From the NCBI GenBank assembly GCA_037444825.1, contig JBBILR010000004.1, positions 55,536 through 119,535 of the forward strand: a stretch of 64,000 nt of DNA, written 5' to 3'. The DNA comes from Acidobacteriota bacterium (GTDB lineage: Bacteria; Acidobacteriota; UBA4820; DSQY01). A program made the position numbers and the translations under genes. Under the pieces are notes generated by a model. It ran no database searches and was not told where the DNA came from. It worked only from the letters and a program-made list of their open reading frames with translations. Of this stretch, positions 8,248 to 18,308 are shown piece after piece; position 1 is the first letter of the stretch, and every line of letters begins with the position of its first letter.

Positions 8248-8499
8248 GTGGCGGCGTCCCCCGGCGGCGCCGGCCGCCCCCTCCCCCTTCTCCCCTCCCC
8301 CTCCTGCTCCGCGCCGGTCCGGGGCGGCCTCACCGACCGGGAGGTCCGCCTGCTTCTCGAGATGCGCCGGCTCCAGGAGGCGTTGAAGGAGGCCCCGCCC
8401 CCCCTTCGGCGGGAACTCCTCGAACGCCGGGCCTCCCTGAAGCAAGAACGGGAGGAGGCCCGGCGGGAGCGGATGGCCCTCCTCGGCCACGAGGCCTGA
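8248..8499 (+). CDS. Small hypothetical coiled-coil protein
   Basis: ORF immediately after nadA; helical LTDREVRLLLEMRRLQE...ARRERMALLGHEA; start uncertain. Confidence 0.45.
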   Translation: MAASPGGAGRPLPLLPSPSCSAPVRGGLTDREVRLLLEMRRLQEALKEAPPPLRRELLERRASLKQEREEARRERMALLGHEA

Positions 8500-8528
8500 G
8501 GGGCCTCCCCGCCGGGACTCCGTTGCCA

Positions 8529-8690
8529 TCAGGATTTTCTGCTGGTCTTGGCGTAGACGGTGCCGAAGACCGGTTCGGTCTTCTTGCCGCACTTGGGGCA
8601 GGGGGGGGGACCGGCTTCCCGCTCCTTCACCGTCATCCGCCGTTCGAAGGTCTCGCCGCATTCGGTGCACTTGAAGACGTACAAGGGCAT
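8529..8690 (-). CDS. FmdB-family zinc ribbon protein
   Basis: MPLYVFKCTECGETFE...CPKCG; GGAGG RBS. Confidence 0.88.
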   Translation of the reverse strand: MPLYVFKCTECGETFERRMTVKEREAGPPPCPKCGKKTEPVFGTVYAKTSRKS

Positions 8691-8812
8691 CGAACCACCT
8701 CCCGGGGGCCCTTCCTCGGGCCCATCTCCTCCTTTCCGTCTCGAACCGCGGGCCCGGGGGGCACCCCCTCCATAACAATATAGCCGCGCGGCGGGCGGGG
8801 GAAAAGCGGGCG

Positions 8813-8839
8813 AAAAAAAGCGCGGGCGAGGGCCCGCGC
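8813..8839 (-). terminator. Intrinsic terminator of the fadN-fadA operon
   Basis: Minus strand GCGCGGGC-CCTC-GCCCGCGC followed by T7. Confidence 0.75.
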
Positions 8840-8951
8840 GAGAGAGAATGGGGATTTCCAAAAATCCGGCTCCGAACGCTTCCATCACCCCCGCGGGGGA
8901 GGCCGGCGGCTCTCTCCGGTGCGGCCTCTCCCCGAGAAACCGCGCTTCAAG

Positions 8952-10124
8952 TCACGGCCTTTCCAGCAGGTAGGCGAAGCCCATGCCGCCGCCGATGCAC
9001 ATGGTGACCACGCCCCGCTTGGCGTTGCGCCGCTTCAGTTCTCCGAGGATCTTGCAGGTGAGCACGGCGCCGGTGGCGCCCAGGGGGTGCCCCGTGGCGA
9101 TGGCCCCGCCGTTCACGTTGACCTTGGCCGGGTCGAGCCCCAGCTCCCCCAGGGCTTTGAGGCAGTACACCGACTGGCTGGCGAAGGCCTCGTTCAGCTC
9201 GAAGAGGTCGATGTCGTCGAAGGTCAGCTTGGCCTTCTTCAGGAGCTTGGGGACGGCCTTGGCGGGCCCGATGCCCATGATCTCCGGGGGGACGCCCGCC
9301 ACCGCCCACTGGCGGACGTAGGCGATGGGCTGGAGGCCCAGCTCGCCGGCCTTCTCCTCGGACATCACCACCACCGCCGCCGCGCCGTCGTTGATCTGCG
9401 AGGAGTTGCCGGCGGTGACGGTGCCGATGGGGTCGAAGACCGGCTTGAGCTTGGCCAGGGCCTCCACCGTGGTGTCGGCCCTCGGGCCCTCGTCGGTGTC
9501 GAAGGTGAACTCCTTCCACTGGCCGTCGTCCATGGTCCGCACCTTCAGGGGGACGATCTCCTCCTTGAACTTGCCGGCGGCGATGGCGGCGGCGGCCTTC
9601 TTGTGGGATTCGTAGGCGAACTGGTCCTGCTCCTCCCGCGTGATCTCGAACTTCCGGGCCACGATCTCCGCCGTGGTGCCCATGGCGGAGTAGATGTCGG
9701 GGTTGAACTGGAAGGCGGCGGGGTCGGCGATCATCTTGTTGCCGCCCATGGCCACCATGGACATGGACTCCACGCCGCCGGCGATGGCCACGTCGATGGA
9801 GCCGGACTTGATGAAGTCCGCCGCCATGGCGATGGCCATGCTCCCCGAGGAGCAGAAGCGGTTGATGGTCATGGCGGGGACGGTGTCGGGAAGGCCCGAC
9901 ATGAGGGAAATGATCCGGGCGATGTTCATGCCCTGCTCGCCCTCGGGCATGGCGCACCCGAAGATCACGTCCTCCACCTGCTCGGGCTCCAGGCCCTTGG
10001 TGCGTTTGAGAAGCTCCTTCACGACGGCGGAGGCGAACTCCTCCGGCCGGGTATCCTTGAGGCTGCCCTTCTTGGCCTTGCCGATGGGCGTCCGGGCCAG
10101 GCTAACGATCACGGCATTCCGCAT
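8952..10124 (-). CDS. fadA: Acetyl-CoA C-acyltransferase (3-ketoacyl-CoA thiolase)
   Basis: [21 protein letters not shown] and CIGGGMG motifs. Confidence 0.95.
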   Translation of the reverse strand: MRNAVIVSLARTPIGKAKKGSLKDTRPEEFASAVVKELLKRTKGLEPEQVEDVIFGCAMPEGEQGMNIARIISLMSGLPDTVPAMTINRFCSSGSMAIAMAADFIKSGSIDVAIAGGVESMSMVAMGGNKMIADPAAFQFNPDIYSAMGTTAEIVARKFEITREEQDQFAYESHKKAAAAIAAGKFKEEIVPLKVRTMDDGQWKEFTFDTDEGPRADTTVEALAKLKPVFDPIGTVTAGNSSQINDGAAAVVVMSEEKAGELGLQPIAYVRQWAVAGVPPEIMGIGPAKAVPKLLKKAKLTFDDIDLFELNEAFASQSVYCLKALGELGLDPAKVNVNGGAIATGHPLGATGAVLTCKILGELKRRNAKRGVVTMCIGGGMGFAYLLERP

Positions 10125-10205
10125 GGCTTTTCTCCTCCAGCTTGGACAGGCGGTGAAACCTGTCGTCGCGCCATTTTGCTCTCGCTCTCCGGCTCCAGGA
10201 CTCCT

Positions 10206-12623
10206 CTAGTTCCGGAGGGGCTTTCCCCGCTCCAGCATGTGCTGGATCCGGGCCTGGGTCTTCTCCTCGCCGCAGAGGGAGAGGAAGGCCTCCCGCTCGA
10301 GGTCGAGGATCTTCTGCTCGCTCACGGGGTTGTGGATGGTGGTGTCGCCGCCGCAGAGGATGTTGGCGATGTGGGTGGCGATTTTCACGTCGTGAGCGCT
10401 CACCCAGTGGGTGTGCTTCATGTTGTGGAGGATCATCTGGAAGGTGGCCACGCCCTCCTTGCCGGGGAGGTGGAAGGACATGGGCAGCGGTGGGACGTAG
10501 CCCTCCTCCGCCATGGCGATGGCCATGCGCTTGGCGGTGTAGAGCTGCTGCTCGCGGCAGATCTCCACCTTGTCGAAGGGGCGGAGGTACTTGAGGCTCC
10601 GCGCCTCCTCGGCGGAGGTGGAGACCTTGGCCATGGCGATGGTCTCGAAGGCCTTCTGGAGGAACGGCAGGTTGGAGAGGATGGGGGTGTCGATCCCCTG
10701 AAGGACCCGCTCCAGCATGAACAGGTGGCCGCCGCCGGCGGGCACGAGGCCCACCCCCACCTCGATGAGGCCCATGTACGTCTCGGCGTGGGCGCAGACC
10801 CGGTCGCCGCCCATGGTGATTTCGGCGCCGCCGCCGAAGGTGAAGCCGAAGGGGGCCGTCACCGTGGGGACCTTGCACTTGCGCAGACCCAGCGTCATGG
10901 CCTGGAAGTCCTTCACCATCTTGTCGATGGCGTCCCACATCTTGGCCTTGGAGGCTTCCAGCAGCATGGCGATGTTGGCGCCGGCGCAGAACTGGGCGGC
11001 CTGGTGGTGGACGACGAGCCCCCGGAACTCCTGTTCGGCGATCTCGATGCCCTTGAGCATCACCTCGATGATGGAGTCGTCGATGGGGTTCATGGCGGGC
11101 TGGGTGGCCGAGTGGAACTCCACGCAGGCGATGCCGTCGCCGAGGTCCACGAGGGAGGCGCCCATGGTCTCGTAGACCGGCGGCTTCTGGCGCTTGATGT
11201 CCGCGAGGATGAGGAAGGACCCCGGCTTGGGGATGGGGAGGTACTTTTTCTTACGGACGTCGTAGTACTCGCGGCAGGTGGCGCCGTCCCGGTAGAAGGA
11301 GGGGCACCCGGCCTGGAGCATCTCCTTGACCCACGGGGCCACCGCGACGCCCTCGGCCTCCATCCGGTCCACCGTCTCCTTCACGCCCAGGGCGTCCCAG
11401 GTCTCGAAGGGGCCCAGCTCCCAGTTGAAGCCCCACTTGATGGCCTGGTCGATGTCCACGATGGTGTCGGCGATCTCGCCCATGCGGTTGGCGGCGTAGG
11501 CCAGGGTGTCCTTGAGGATCGTCCAGGCGAAGATGCCGGCGCGGTCGGTGGCGTTGGCCACGATCTTGATCCGCTGGCCGGGGTCGTGGATGCCCTTGAC
11601 CTTCTTCAGGGACTCGATGTCCGGCTTCTCCTGGGGGACGTACTCGAAGGTCTTGGGGTCGAGGACGAAGGTCTCCTTCTTGCCCATGTCCTTCTTCTCG
11701 ACCTTGAAGAAGCCCTTCTTGGTCTTCCGCCCCAGCATCCCCTCCTTGACCATGCGCTGCAGGACCTCGGGGATCTCGAAGGCCCACTTGCCCTCGTCGT
11801 CGGGGCACCCCTCCTTCAGGGTGTTCACCACGTGGACGAAGGTGTCGAGGCCCACGAGGTCGGCGGTGCCGAAGGAGGCGCTCTTGGGACGCCCCAGGGC
11901 CGGTCCCGTGATGGCGTCCACCTCGTCGAAGCGGTAGCCCATCTGGAGGGTGGCGTGGAGGGTGGCCATCATCCCGAAGACCCCGATCCGGTTCCCGACG
12001 AAGTTGGGGGTGTCCTTCCCGTAGACGACGCCCTTGCCCAGGCGGAGGCGGCCGAAGTCGGCGATGAAGGCGAGGATGTCGGGGTCGGTCTTCTCGCCGG
12101 GCACCAGCTCCAGGAGGTGCATGTAGCGGACGGGGTTGAAGAAGTGGGTCACGAGGAAGTTCTTCTGGAAGTCCTCGGAGCGGCCCTTCACCATCTCCTT
12201 GATGGGCAGGCCGGAGGTGTTGGAGGAGACGATGGTCCCCGGGCGCACGGTCTTTTCCACGCGCTCGAAGAGCTTCTGCTTGATGTCCAGGCGCTCCACC
12301 ACCACCTCGATGACCCAGTCGCACTCCTCCAGCCGGTGGAAGTCGTCGTCGAAGTTGCCCACCTCGATGAGGGGGAGGTACTTCTTGTGGTAGAGGAGGG
12401 CCGGCTTGCTCTTCTGGATGGCCTCCAGCCCCTTGAGGGCGAACTTGTTGCGGAAGCGCTTGTCTTCCTTCGTGAGGCCCGCCTTCTGGTCCTCCGGGGC
12501 GAGTTCCGGCGGGACGATGTCCAGCATGAGGCACGGGATCCCGGCGCCGGCCAGCTGGGCGGCGATGCCGGAGCCCATGATCCCCGCGCCGAGGACCGCG
12601 ACCTTTTCGATCCTTCTTTGCAT
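10206..12623 (-). CDS. fadN: 3-hydroxyacyl-CoA dehydrogenase/enoyl-CoA hydratase (FadN type)
   Basis: N-terminal GAGIMG, SSNTSG and THFFNP; C-terminal crotonase motifs FCAGAN, GGGAE, EVGVGLVPAGGG; ends GKPLRN; GAGGAGG RBS. Confidence 0.93.
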   Translation of the reverse strand: MQRRIEKVAVLGAGIMGSGIAAQLAGAGIPCLMLDIVPPELAPEDQKAGLTKEDKRFRNKFALKGLEAIQKSKPALLYHKKYLPLIEVGNFDDDFHRLEECDWVIEVVVERLDIKQKLFERVEKTVRPGTIVSSNTSGLPIKEMVKGRSEDFQKNFLVTHFFNPVRYMHLLELVPGEKTDPDILAFIADFGRLRLGKGVVYGKDTPNFVGNRIGVFGMMATLHATLQMGYRFDEVDAITGPALGRPKSASFGTADLVGLDTFVHVVNTLKEGCPDDEGKWAFEIPEVLQRMVKEGMLGRKTKKGFFKVEKKDMGKKETFVLDPKTFEYVPQEKPDIESLKKVKGIHDPGQRIKIVANATDRAGIFAWTILKDTLAYAANRMGEIADTIVDIDQAIKWGFNWELGPFETWDALGVKETVDRMEAEGVAVAPWVKEMLQAGCPSFYRDGATCREYYDVRKKKYLPIPKPGSFLILADIKRQKPPVYETMGASLVDLGDGIACVEFHSATQPAMNPIDDSIIEVMLKGIEIAEQEFRGLVVHHQAAQFCAGANIAMLLEASKAKMWDAIDKMVKDFQAMTLGLRKCKVPTVTAPFGFTFGGGAEITMGGDRVCAHAETYMGLIEVGVGLVPAGGGHLFMLERVLQGIDTPILSNLPFLQKAFETIAMAKVSTSAEEARSLKYLRPFDKVEICREQQLYTAKRMAIAMAEEGYVPPLPMSFHLPGKEGVATFQMILHNMKHTHWVSAHDVKIATHIANILCGGDTTIHNPVSEQKILDLEREAFLSLCGEEKTQARIQHMLERGKPLRN

Positions 12624-12812
12624 CTTGCAACCTCCTCTTGAAAGCGCTTCAGCCTCCCCCACCCGTCTTGGGAGGGGGCACCGGGTCAGGTTTTTCGCAG
12701 TAGGTGCCCATTCACAATGCAAGTCTTTCACGGCTTTTTAGAAAAAGCAAGCCCCTTTGAAATCTAACGACTAGGAAAGTGGGGCGCCTTGGCTAAGACT
12801 GTGATTATTTAC

Positions 12813-13373
12813 TTACTTAGCCCCTTCCGGCCGGGCCGGCCGGAAGGAGAGGGCGGCGGAGTTGAGGCAGTAGCGGAGCCCCGTGGGAGGCGGGCCGTCG
12901 GGGAAGACGTGGCCCAGGTGGGCCCCGCACCGCGCGCAGAGGATCTCCGTGCGGATCATGCCGAAGGAGAGGTCCTCGGCGGTCTCCACGTTGCCCTCGA
13001 AGACCGGCGTGAAAAAGCTGGGCCAGCCGGTCCCCGAGTCGAACTTCGCCTCCGAGGAGAAGAGGGGAAGGCCGCAGCAGACGCAGAGGTAGAGGCCCGG
13101 CTCCTTTCGGGCGTGGAGGAGGCCGCAGAAGGCCCGCTCGGTGCCCCTGCCCCGGGTGATGCGGTACTGCTCCTGTGTGAGGAGAGCCCGCCACTCGGCG
13201 TCGGGGCGGACGATCCTCGCCTGGGGGGCGGGCGGCAGAAGCCTTCCGTCGGGGCCCAGGTCCGCCACCAGGACGGGACCGGTGCGGGGGGTTCCCGCTC
13301 GGGATGGGGCCATGGCGCATCCTCCCAGGAAAAGGAAAAGCAGGGCGGCGGGGCATGCCCTCGAGGGTTTCAC
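12813..13373 (-). CDS. msrB: Peptide-methionine (R)-S-oxide reductase with lipoprotein-like signal
   Basis: [33 protein letters not shown] and RYCLNS; GTG start after GGAGG gives an LLFLFLGGC lipobox. Confidence 0.92.
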   Translation of the reverse strand: MKPSRACPAALLFLFLGGCAMAPSRAGTPRTGPVLVADLGPDGRLLPPAPQARIVRPDAEWRALLTQEQYRITRGRGTERAFCGLLHARKEPGLYLCVCCGLPLFSSEAKFDSGTGWPSFFTPVFEGNVETAEDLSFGMIRTEILCARCGAHLGHVFPDGPPPTGLRYCLNSAALSFRPARPEGAK

Positions 13374-13462
13374 GGATCCTCCAGCCCCGAAGAACGCCCT
13401 CGGCAAAAAAACCTTCCCGCGGGCAGCGCCCCTTCGCGTATCCTACGGGGGGAGGGACGACC

Positions 13463-14593
13463 ATGGACCGTGCGGACGTGGTGGTGATCGGGGCGGGGGT
13501 GGTGGGGCTGTCGGTGGCGGCGTCGGTGTCCCGGGAGGATCGGACGGTGCTGATCCTGGAGCGCCACCCCTCCTTCGGGCGGGAGACCTCCAGCCGCTCC
13601 AGCGAGGTGATCCACGCGGGGGTCTACTACCCTCAGGGCTCCCTCAAGGGGCGCCTCTGCCTGGAGGGCAACCGGCGGATGTACGCCCTCTGCCGGGAGT
13701 TCGGGGTCCCCCACGCCCGCACCGGCAAGGTGATCGTCGCCTGGACGCCGGCCCAGGCGGAGCGCCTTCCGGCCCTTTTGGAGACGGCCCGGAACAACGG
13801 GGCCGAGGGGGTCCGCCTCGTGGAGCGGGAGGAGCTCCTCCGCCTGGAGCCCCGGGTGGAGGGCCTGGCGGCGCTCTTTTGCCCCACCTCGGGCATCGTG
13901 GACTCCCACGCCCTCATGCGCCACTTCCTGGCCGTGGCCAAGGAAAGGGGCGCCGTCCCCGTCTTCGGGACGGAGGTCGTGGGGCTGGACCTCCTCCCCG
14001 AAGGCTGGCGCGTCACCGTGCGGGAAGCCGGCGGGGCCGAGTCCTCCCTCCTCGCGAGGGCCGTGGTCAACTGCGCGGGCCTCGAGTCGGGTCGCGTGGC
14101 CGCCTTGGCGGGGATCGACGTGGACGAGGCCCATTACCGCATCCACTACCGGAAGGGGATGTACGTGCGCGTCACCCGGAACCTCGCCGCCCTCCCCCGG
14201 ATGCTGGCCTACCCCTTCCCGCCCGAAGACGCCACCGTGGGGATCCACACCGTGCCGGACCTGGCCGGCGGGATGCGCCTCGGGCCCCTGGACGTCTGGA
14301 CCGACCGCGTCGAATACTCGGTGGAGGAGGGGCTGGTGGACCGCTTCTTCGAGGCCTGCGCCCCCTTCCTGCCGGGCCTGCGCCGGGAGGCCCTGGTCCC
14401 CGAGGGGGCGGGCATCCAGGCCAAGCGCTACGGCCCCGGCGAGAAGAGCCGCGACTTCGTCATCCGGGAGGAATCCGGCCGGGGCCTGCCCGGCCTCGTC
14501 AACCTCGTGGGCATCGAATCGCCGGGCCTCACCTCCTCCCCCGCCATCGGACCCTACGTGGACCGCCTGTTGTCCCCTATGTACCCGCGGTAG
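13463..14593 (+). CDS. FAD-dependent oxidoreductase, L-2-hydroxyglutarate oxidase (LhgO)-like
   Basis: GAGVVG, ETSSRSSEVIHAGVYY, SGIVDSH and GIESPGLTSS motifs. Confidence 0.87.
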   Translation: MDRADVVVIGAGVVGLSVAASVSREDRTVLILERHPSFGRETSSRSSEVIHAGVYYPQGSLKGRLCLEGNRRMYALCREFGVPHARTGKVIVAWTPAQAERLPALLETARNNGAEGVRLVEREELLRLEPRVEGLAALFCPTSGIVDSHALMRHFLAVAKERGAVPVFGTEVVGLDLLPEGWRVTVREAGGAESSLLARAVVNCAGLESGRVAALAGIDVDEAHYRIHYRKGMYVRVTRNLAALPRMLAYPFPPEDATVGIHTVPDLAGGMRLGPLDVWTDRVEYSVEEGLVDRFFEACAPFLPGLRREALVPEGAGIQAKRYGPGEKSRDFVIREESGRGLPGLVNLVGIESPGLTSSPAIGPYVDRLLSPMYPR

Positions 14594-14843
14594 AGGGGCC
14601 CCCGGCGTCCTCCCCGGGGACCCCCCGTCCTTTCTCCCTGCTCCCGCTTCGCCTACCCTCGCCCTCCGCTCCGGGGGAGAGACGGAACATGGGAAGACGA
14701 GGTTAGACAGGAGCACCCCCCGCGCTGTGGCCTCGGAAGGAACCCTTCCGGCCGCAAACCGGTGCCCACCCGGTTCGAAGTCCCCGCGATCGGGTCGAGG
14801 GGGGGCTTGATGGCCGTGGATTTGCCTAGGCCGGGTTTGGTTG

Positions 14844-16619
14844 CTAAGGTGCCCACCCCTCGGATCGGATGGAACCTTGAAAGCCGTCGTGCTCCGGCAG
14901 AAAGAGAAGCCGGAGAAAGACCTTTCGATGGGGCGCACGAGGGCCGCAGGCCTTCTCCAACGGCTCCACGGTCACGCGGAAAGCTTTGGGGGGAGGCGGG
15001 CCTTGCCTGCGGAGAGAGACGCGCGCCGGCACAACTTCGAGAAGGCCCCCCTGGCCCCACACCTCGAGAAAAGCAAAGACAGGGGCTTGGCTGAGGTCAA
15101 AAGAGACCTCGGAAGGCAGGACTAGATCGGCCTGCCAAGGGCCCGTGGGGCGCCAGAACCTCATGGGGTGTGCCCGTTCGAGGCGAAGCCCTTGAAGCGC
15201 TTTTTGCACGGTCAAGTAATGGCGAAGGTCTTTTTCCTCCCTCTCCCAGGGAGCATGGCGGCTGACTCCCGTGGCAGGGGAAAGGAGTTCCAGTTGGTTG
15301 GCCCTGGAAATGGCCTCCAAGGCTTTCGGAAAATCACGCGTACCCTCCGGTCCGTAGGCGTCGTAGAGCCTTTTCAGCGCATGGCGCTCAATTTCCGGGT
15401 GTCCGGGAAAGGCTCTCAAAACCCGTTCCCAATAGGCGGCTCTCCGCTCCGGCGGAGCCTTCGCCGCCGCGTCCGGGCTGCGCGCGAGAAAGGGGAGGAT
15501 GGAGGAGTCGGGGGCCGAAGGGAGCAGCTCACCGGCCTCCTCCTGCAGCCAATCCAGCACGTCGCGGCCCTCCAAGACGACCCGCCGGCCGGGCTCCTCC
15601 AGGCACCAAAGGTACTGCATGGCCACGTAAGCCCTATCCGTGGCCTGCTGGGGCACAGGATGGTAGGCCCGGAGGAAGGCGCGGTACCGCTCGCACCCAA
15701 CGGTTCTCAGGGAGTAGAGCATCCCCCTCAGAAGCCTTTCTTTGAGGCCGGGATGGCCCAGAAGGAATTCGGCGATCTGGTCAAAATGTTCTTCGTCGGC
15801 CAAGGCAGAGGCCAGGGTGTCTAAGGTGTGGGGGAGAGGTTCGGCTTGGGCGAACCGGGAGAATGCCGCGCTCAGGCAGGAGCGGCCTTCGGGGCCGGGC
15901 GAATGGCGAACCAAGGCCATGATGAGCCCTGACCCGTAACTCGGGTTCTGGAACCGGAGGGAAAGCCCGCAGAGGGCCTGGAAGACACGGGAATCGGGCG
16001 CAAGAATCAGAGTCGTATCAATGTCCTTATTCAGAACTTCGGGGGGGGCCTCGGGGTTTCCGAGGGCTTCGAGGAGAAAAGGGAGGCACTTTGCCCTGTG
16101 AAAACGATAGATCAGGGTGTACCGTATCCAAGCCCGGCCGAGGGTTCCATCGTTGCGCCTCTGCAGGAGGCGTTCCAATCCAGGAACGTCCCTCTCCTCG
16201 ACGATCTTGTCCAGTAACGATTCAGCCTCTACGCGAACCCGCCAGCAGTCCGTGGAGAGGGCTTTCAAGAGAAAAGGCACGTAAATCCGCATCCGCCCTC
16301 TCCAGGCCTCTAGCTGGGATTCAGGAGGAAAACCGGGGTCGCGGAGCAGGGGTTCCACGTTCACCTGGTAGCCGGGAAGGTCGCAAAGAGTCAGGAGCGC
16401 CACAGACCATGGATTGAAGCCGCGGCCGTCCCCCCATTCAACATCCGGTAGCTCACATTGGAGCGGGGTGGAGAACCTGGGATTTAACAGAAATTGGGTG
16501 TCTCCGGCGGGAAGCGCCTTCGGGGGGACTCGAGAATGCGGGGAAATTTGCGCCGGATGCGGGATCGGAGAAAACTGCAGAAGAAGACCGAGAAGAGCCC
16601 CGCGAAGCGCCCTCTTCAT
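14844..16619 (-). CDS. Hypothetical exported HEAT/TPR-like helical repeat protein
   Basis: Long ORF with a signal-peptide-like MKRALRGALLGLLL and HEAT-like LLKALSTDCWRVRVEAESLL; lower GC; ATGA coupling with the upstream gene. Confidence 0.6.
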   Translation of the reverse strand: MKRALRGALLGLLLQFSPIPHPAQISPHSRVPPKALPAGDTQFLLNPRFSTPLQCELPDVEWGDGRGFNPWSVALLTLCDLPGYQVNVEPLLRDPGFPPESQLEAWRGRMRIYVPFLLKALSTDCWRVRVEAESLLDKIVEERDVPGLERLLQRRNDGTLGRAWIRYTLIYRFHRAKCLPFLLEALGNPEAPPEVLNKDIDTTLILAPDSRVFQALCGLSLRFQNPSYGSGLIMALVRHSPGPEGRSCLSAAFSRFAQAEPLPHTLDTLASALADEEHFDQIAEFLLGHPGLKERLLRGMLYSLRTVGCERYRAFLRAYHPVPQQATDRAYVAMQYLWCLEEPGRRVVLEGRDVLDWLQEEAGELLPSAPDSSILPFLARSPDAAAKAPPERRAAYWERVLRAFPGHPEIERHALKRLYDAYGPEGTRDFPKALEAISRANQLELLSPATGVSRHAPWEREEKDLRHYLTVQKALQGLRLERAHPMRFWRPTGPWQADLVLPSEVSFDLSQAPVFAFLEVWGQGGLLEVVPARVSLRRQGPPPPKAFRVTVEPLEKACGPRAPHRKVFLRLLFLPEHDGFQGSIRSEGWAP

Positions 16620-18064
16620 GGCCAAATCCCCTCCCTGCGGGCCCAGGCCCGCCATTGCTCCAGGATGCGCTCCCGAGGTTCTCCTTTTGACATGGCCGGG
16701 TCCCCGAAGTCCACGCCCGCCCTCTCCACGAGCAGGTCGTGCAGGGACGGGGTCCCGCTATCCCAGGCCGGCCAGCTTTGGGGAGGATACCTCCGCCACA
16801 TTGCGTCGAAGGCCGCGAAAACCTCCCGCTTGCATTGAAGCGGATCCAAGTCGTCGAGAAGGTCGACGTTGGCCCGGATTGTGGCCGGTTCGGAGGTCAG
16901 GATCTCCCAAACCGGGAGATTTTGAATCGAAGCCCACCAGGAGAGGGTCCGTTCGCGGCAAGTGGGGCTCAGGTACGTGGCATCGAAACAGCTGGAGCCC
17001 GGAAATCTCCTGTGGAGAATCGAGCCGGCGTAATGCCAGCGGGGCTCCTGATGCCGCACGTAGGTCTGAACCAGTTCTTCCAACGACGCGCGAATACGGA
17101 CGGCGGGAGGGTCCAGCCGGTGTTTCTTCCACCACCGTTTCCAGTCCGCAAGGGTCTGTGGGGAGACAGGAGGCGAGGAGGCCGCGGGACCCGAAATCCT
17201 GAGCCCCACCAATTCGGGACCTTCCCGGAGGGTCACCGAAGAGAGAACACCCAGGAGGCGCTTCTTCCCCACCTCGGTCGCCCTCGGGTCTTCGAGGGCG
17301 GCCAGCAAAGCATCCAAGTCTTCTCGAGAGCGGTAGCGGAGGAGCGCGTAGCCCGCCTCCTCCGCCAGCGGTCCGTCACGAACCGCCAAGGTCAGAAGCA
17401 GGGGGAGCGCCTCCGCCGGATGCCACTCGGCGAGTGCCGCCACCGCCAAGGAGGCTGTGGTGGGGTCCAGATCGGTGACGCGGGACAGAAGGTCCGGGAG
17501 GTGGGACCTCAGCCGGAACCTTCCCACCCCAAGCACGCCGATCTGACGGAGGAGGGGATTTTCGTCTTGGAGAAGGGGGGGAAAAAGGTCTGCGCTCGGT
17601 ACGTCCCGAATGCGAGCCAGAAACCGTAGCACCCCTGCCCGCAAGGGGCCGGGGGCCTCTCGGGCTTCCCCTCGCAAGACCTCCAGCGCTTCTTCGTCCC
17701 GAAACATCTCGACGAGGGCCCGCGCCGCCGCCTGACGGACCCGCGGATCGTCGGAACGAAGGCAATTGCGAATTTCAGGTTCGAAGTCGGGTCCCGCCTT
17801 CCGAAGAAAGACGTCGGAAGGTTCTTTGACCCGGGGCTCCGGAGGAAGATGGCCGATAACAAGGCATCCCCATGAAAAAGCGCCCGTTTCGGACGGGTTG
17901 CCGCGCAGGATCGTCGCCACCACCTCCCTCCAGCGGGCCTCTTGCTCCTCGGTCAAATGCCGCACCGGTGGGGAGCACGGCTGGCACGCCGGGGGCGTCG
18001 CGGCGCAGAAAACCAGAAGCAACCCACAAACGGAAGGTTGAATCGTTTTCCACAAGGTGCCCAC
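16616..18064 (-). CDS. Exported HEAT repeat protein
   Basis: LRSDDPRVRQAAARAL, LLQDENPLLRQIGVLGVG and WKRWW motifs; hydrophobic N-terminus; AAGGGAGG RBS. Confidence 0.7.
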   Translation of the reverse strand: MGTLWKTIQPSVCGLLLVFCAATPPACQPCSPPVRHLTEEQEARWREVVATILRGNPSETGAFSWGCLVIGHLPPEPRVKEPSDVFLRKAGPDFEPEIRNCLRSDDPRVRQAAARALVEMFRDEEALEVLRGEAREAPGPLRAGVLRFLARIRDVPSADLFPPLLQDENPLLRQIGVLGVGRFRLRSHLPDLLSRVTDLDPTTASLAVAALAEWHPAEALPLLLTLAVRDGPLAEEAGYALLRYRSREDLDALLAALEDPRATEVGKKRLLGVLSSVTLREGPELVGLRISGPAASSPPVSPQTLADWKRWWKKHRLDPPAVRIRASLEELVQTYVRHQEPRWHYAGSILHRRFPGSSCFDATYLSPTCRERTLSWWASIQNLPVWEILTSEPATIRANVDLLDDLDPLQCKREVFAAFDAMWRRYPPQSWPAWDSGTPSLHDLLVERAGVDFGDPAMSKGEPRERILEQWRAWARREGIWP

Positions 18065-18094
18065 GCACCTCCCTTGAAATCAACTCTGGGGACC

Positions 18095-18123
18095 AATTTA
18101 CGCTCCGCCGAGGCTTACGGCAA
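18095..18123 (-). promoter_or_regulatory. Sigma70-like promoter of the HEAT gene pair
   Basis: Minus strand TTGCCG-N17-TAAATT. Confidence 0.5.
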
Positions 18124-18308
18124 GATGCGGGACCCTTCCGAAGGCCTCCCTTCTTTCCGGGCCCTGGACGTTGGCCGCGCGGGCTTTTCGGCCTTATCGC
18201 CTCAGGTGAAGGAACGCGCCGGCCCGCGAGCAACCCACTTCTCCGGCCACCGCCTAGCTCTGGTTGAGGGGGTTGAAGCTGGGCGGGGGGCCGCTCAAGA
18301 GCGCCCCC

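Noticed and set aside
8813-8890. Minus-strand pyrimidine tract plus terminator resembling a third sRNA sibling
   Set aside because: No GG-N10-GC promoter upstream and no CCTCC core; the terminator is explained by the fadN-fadA operon.
8919-12641. 1240-aa plus-strand ORF and other long antisense ORFs (20457..22130, 54801..55787, 60632..63682)
   Set aside because: Shadow frames opposite well-supported genes, as expected at high GC.
14760-14800. GGTTCGA tRNA T-arm-like string at the edge of the lower-GC islet
   Set aside because: No T-stem closure, cloverleaf or matching att repeat could be built.
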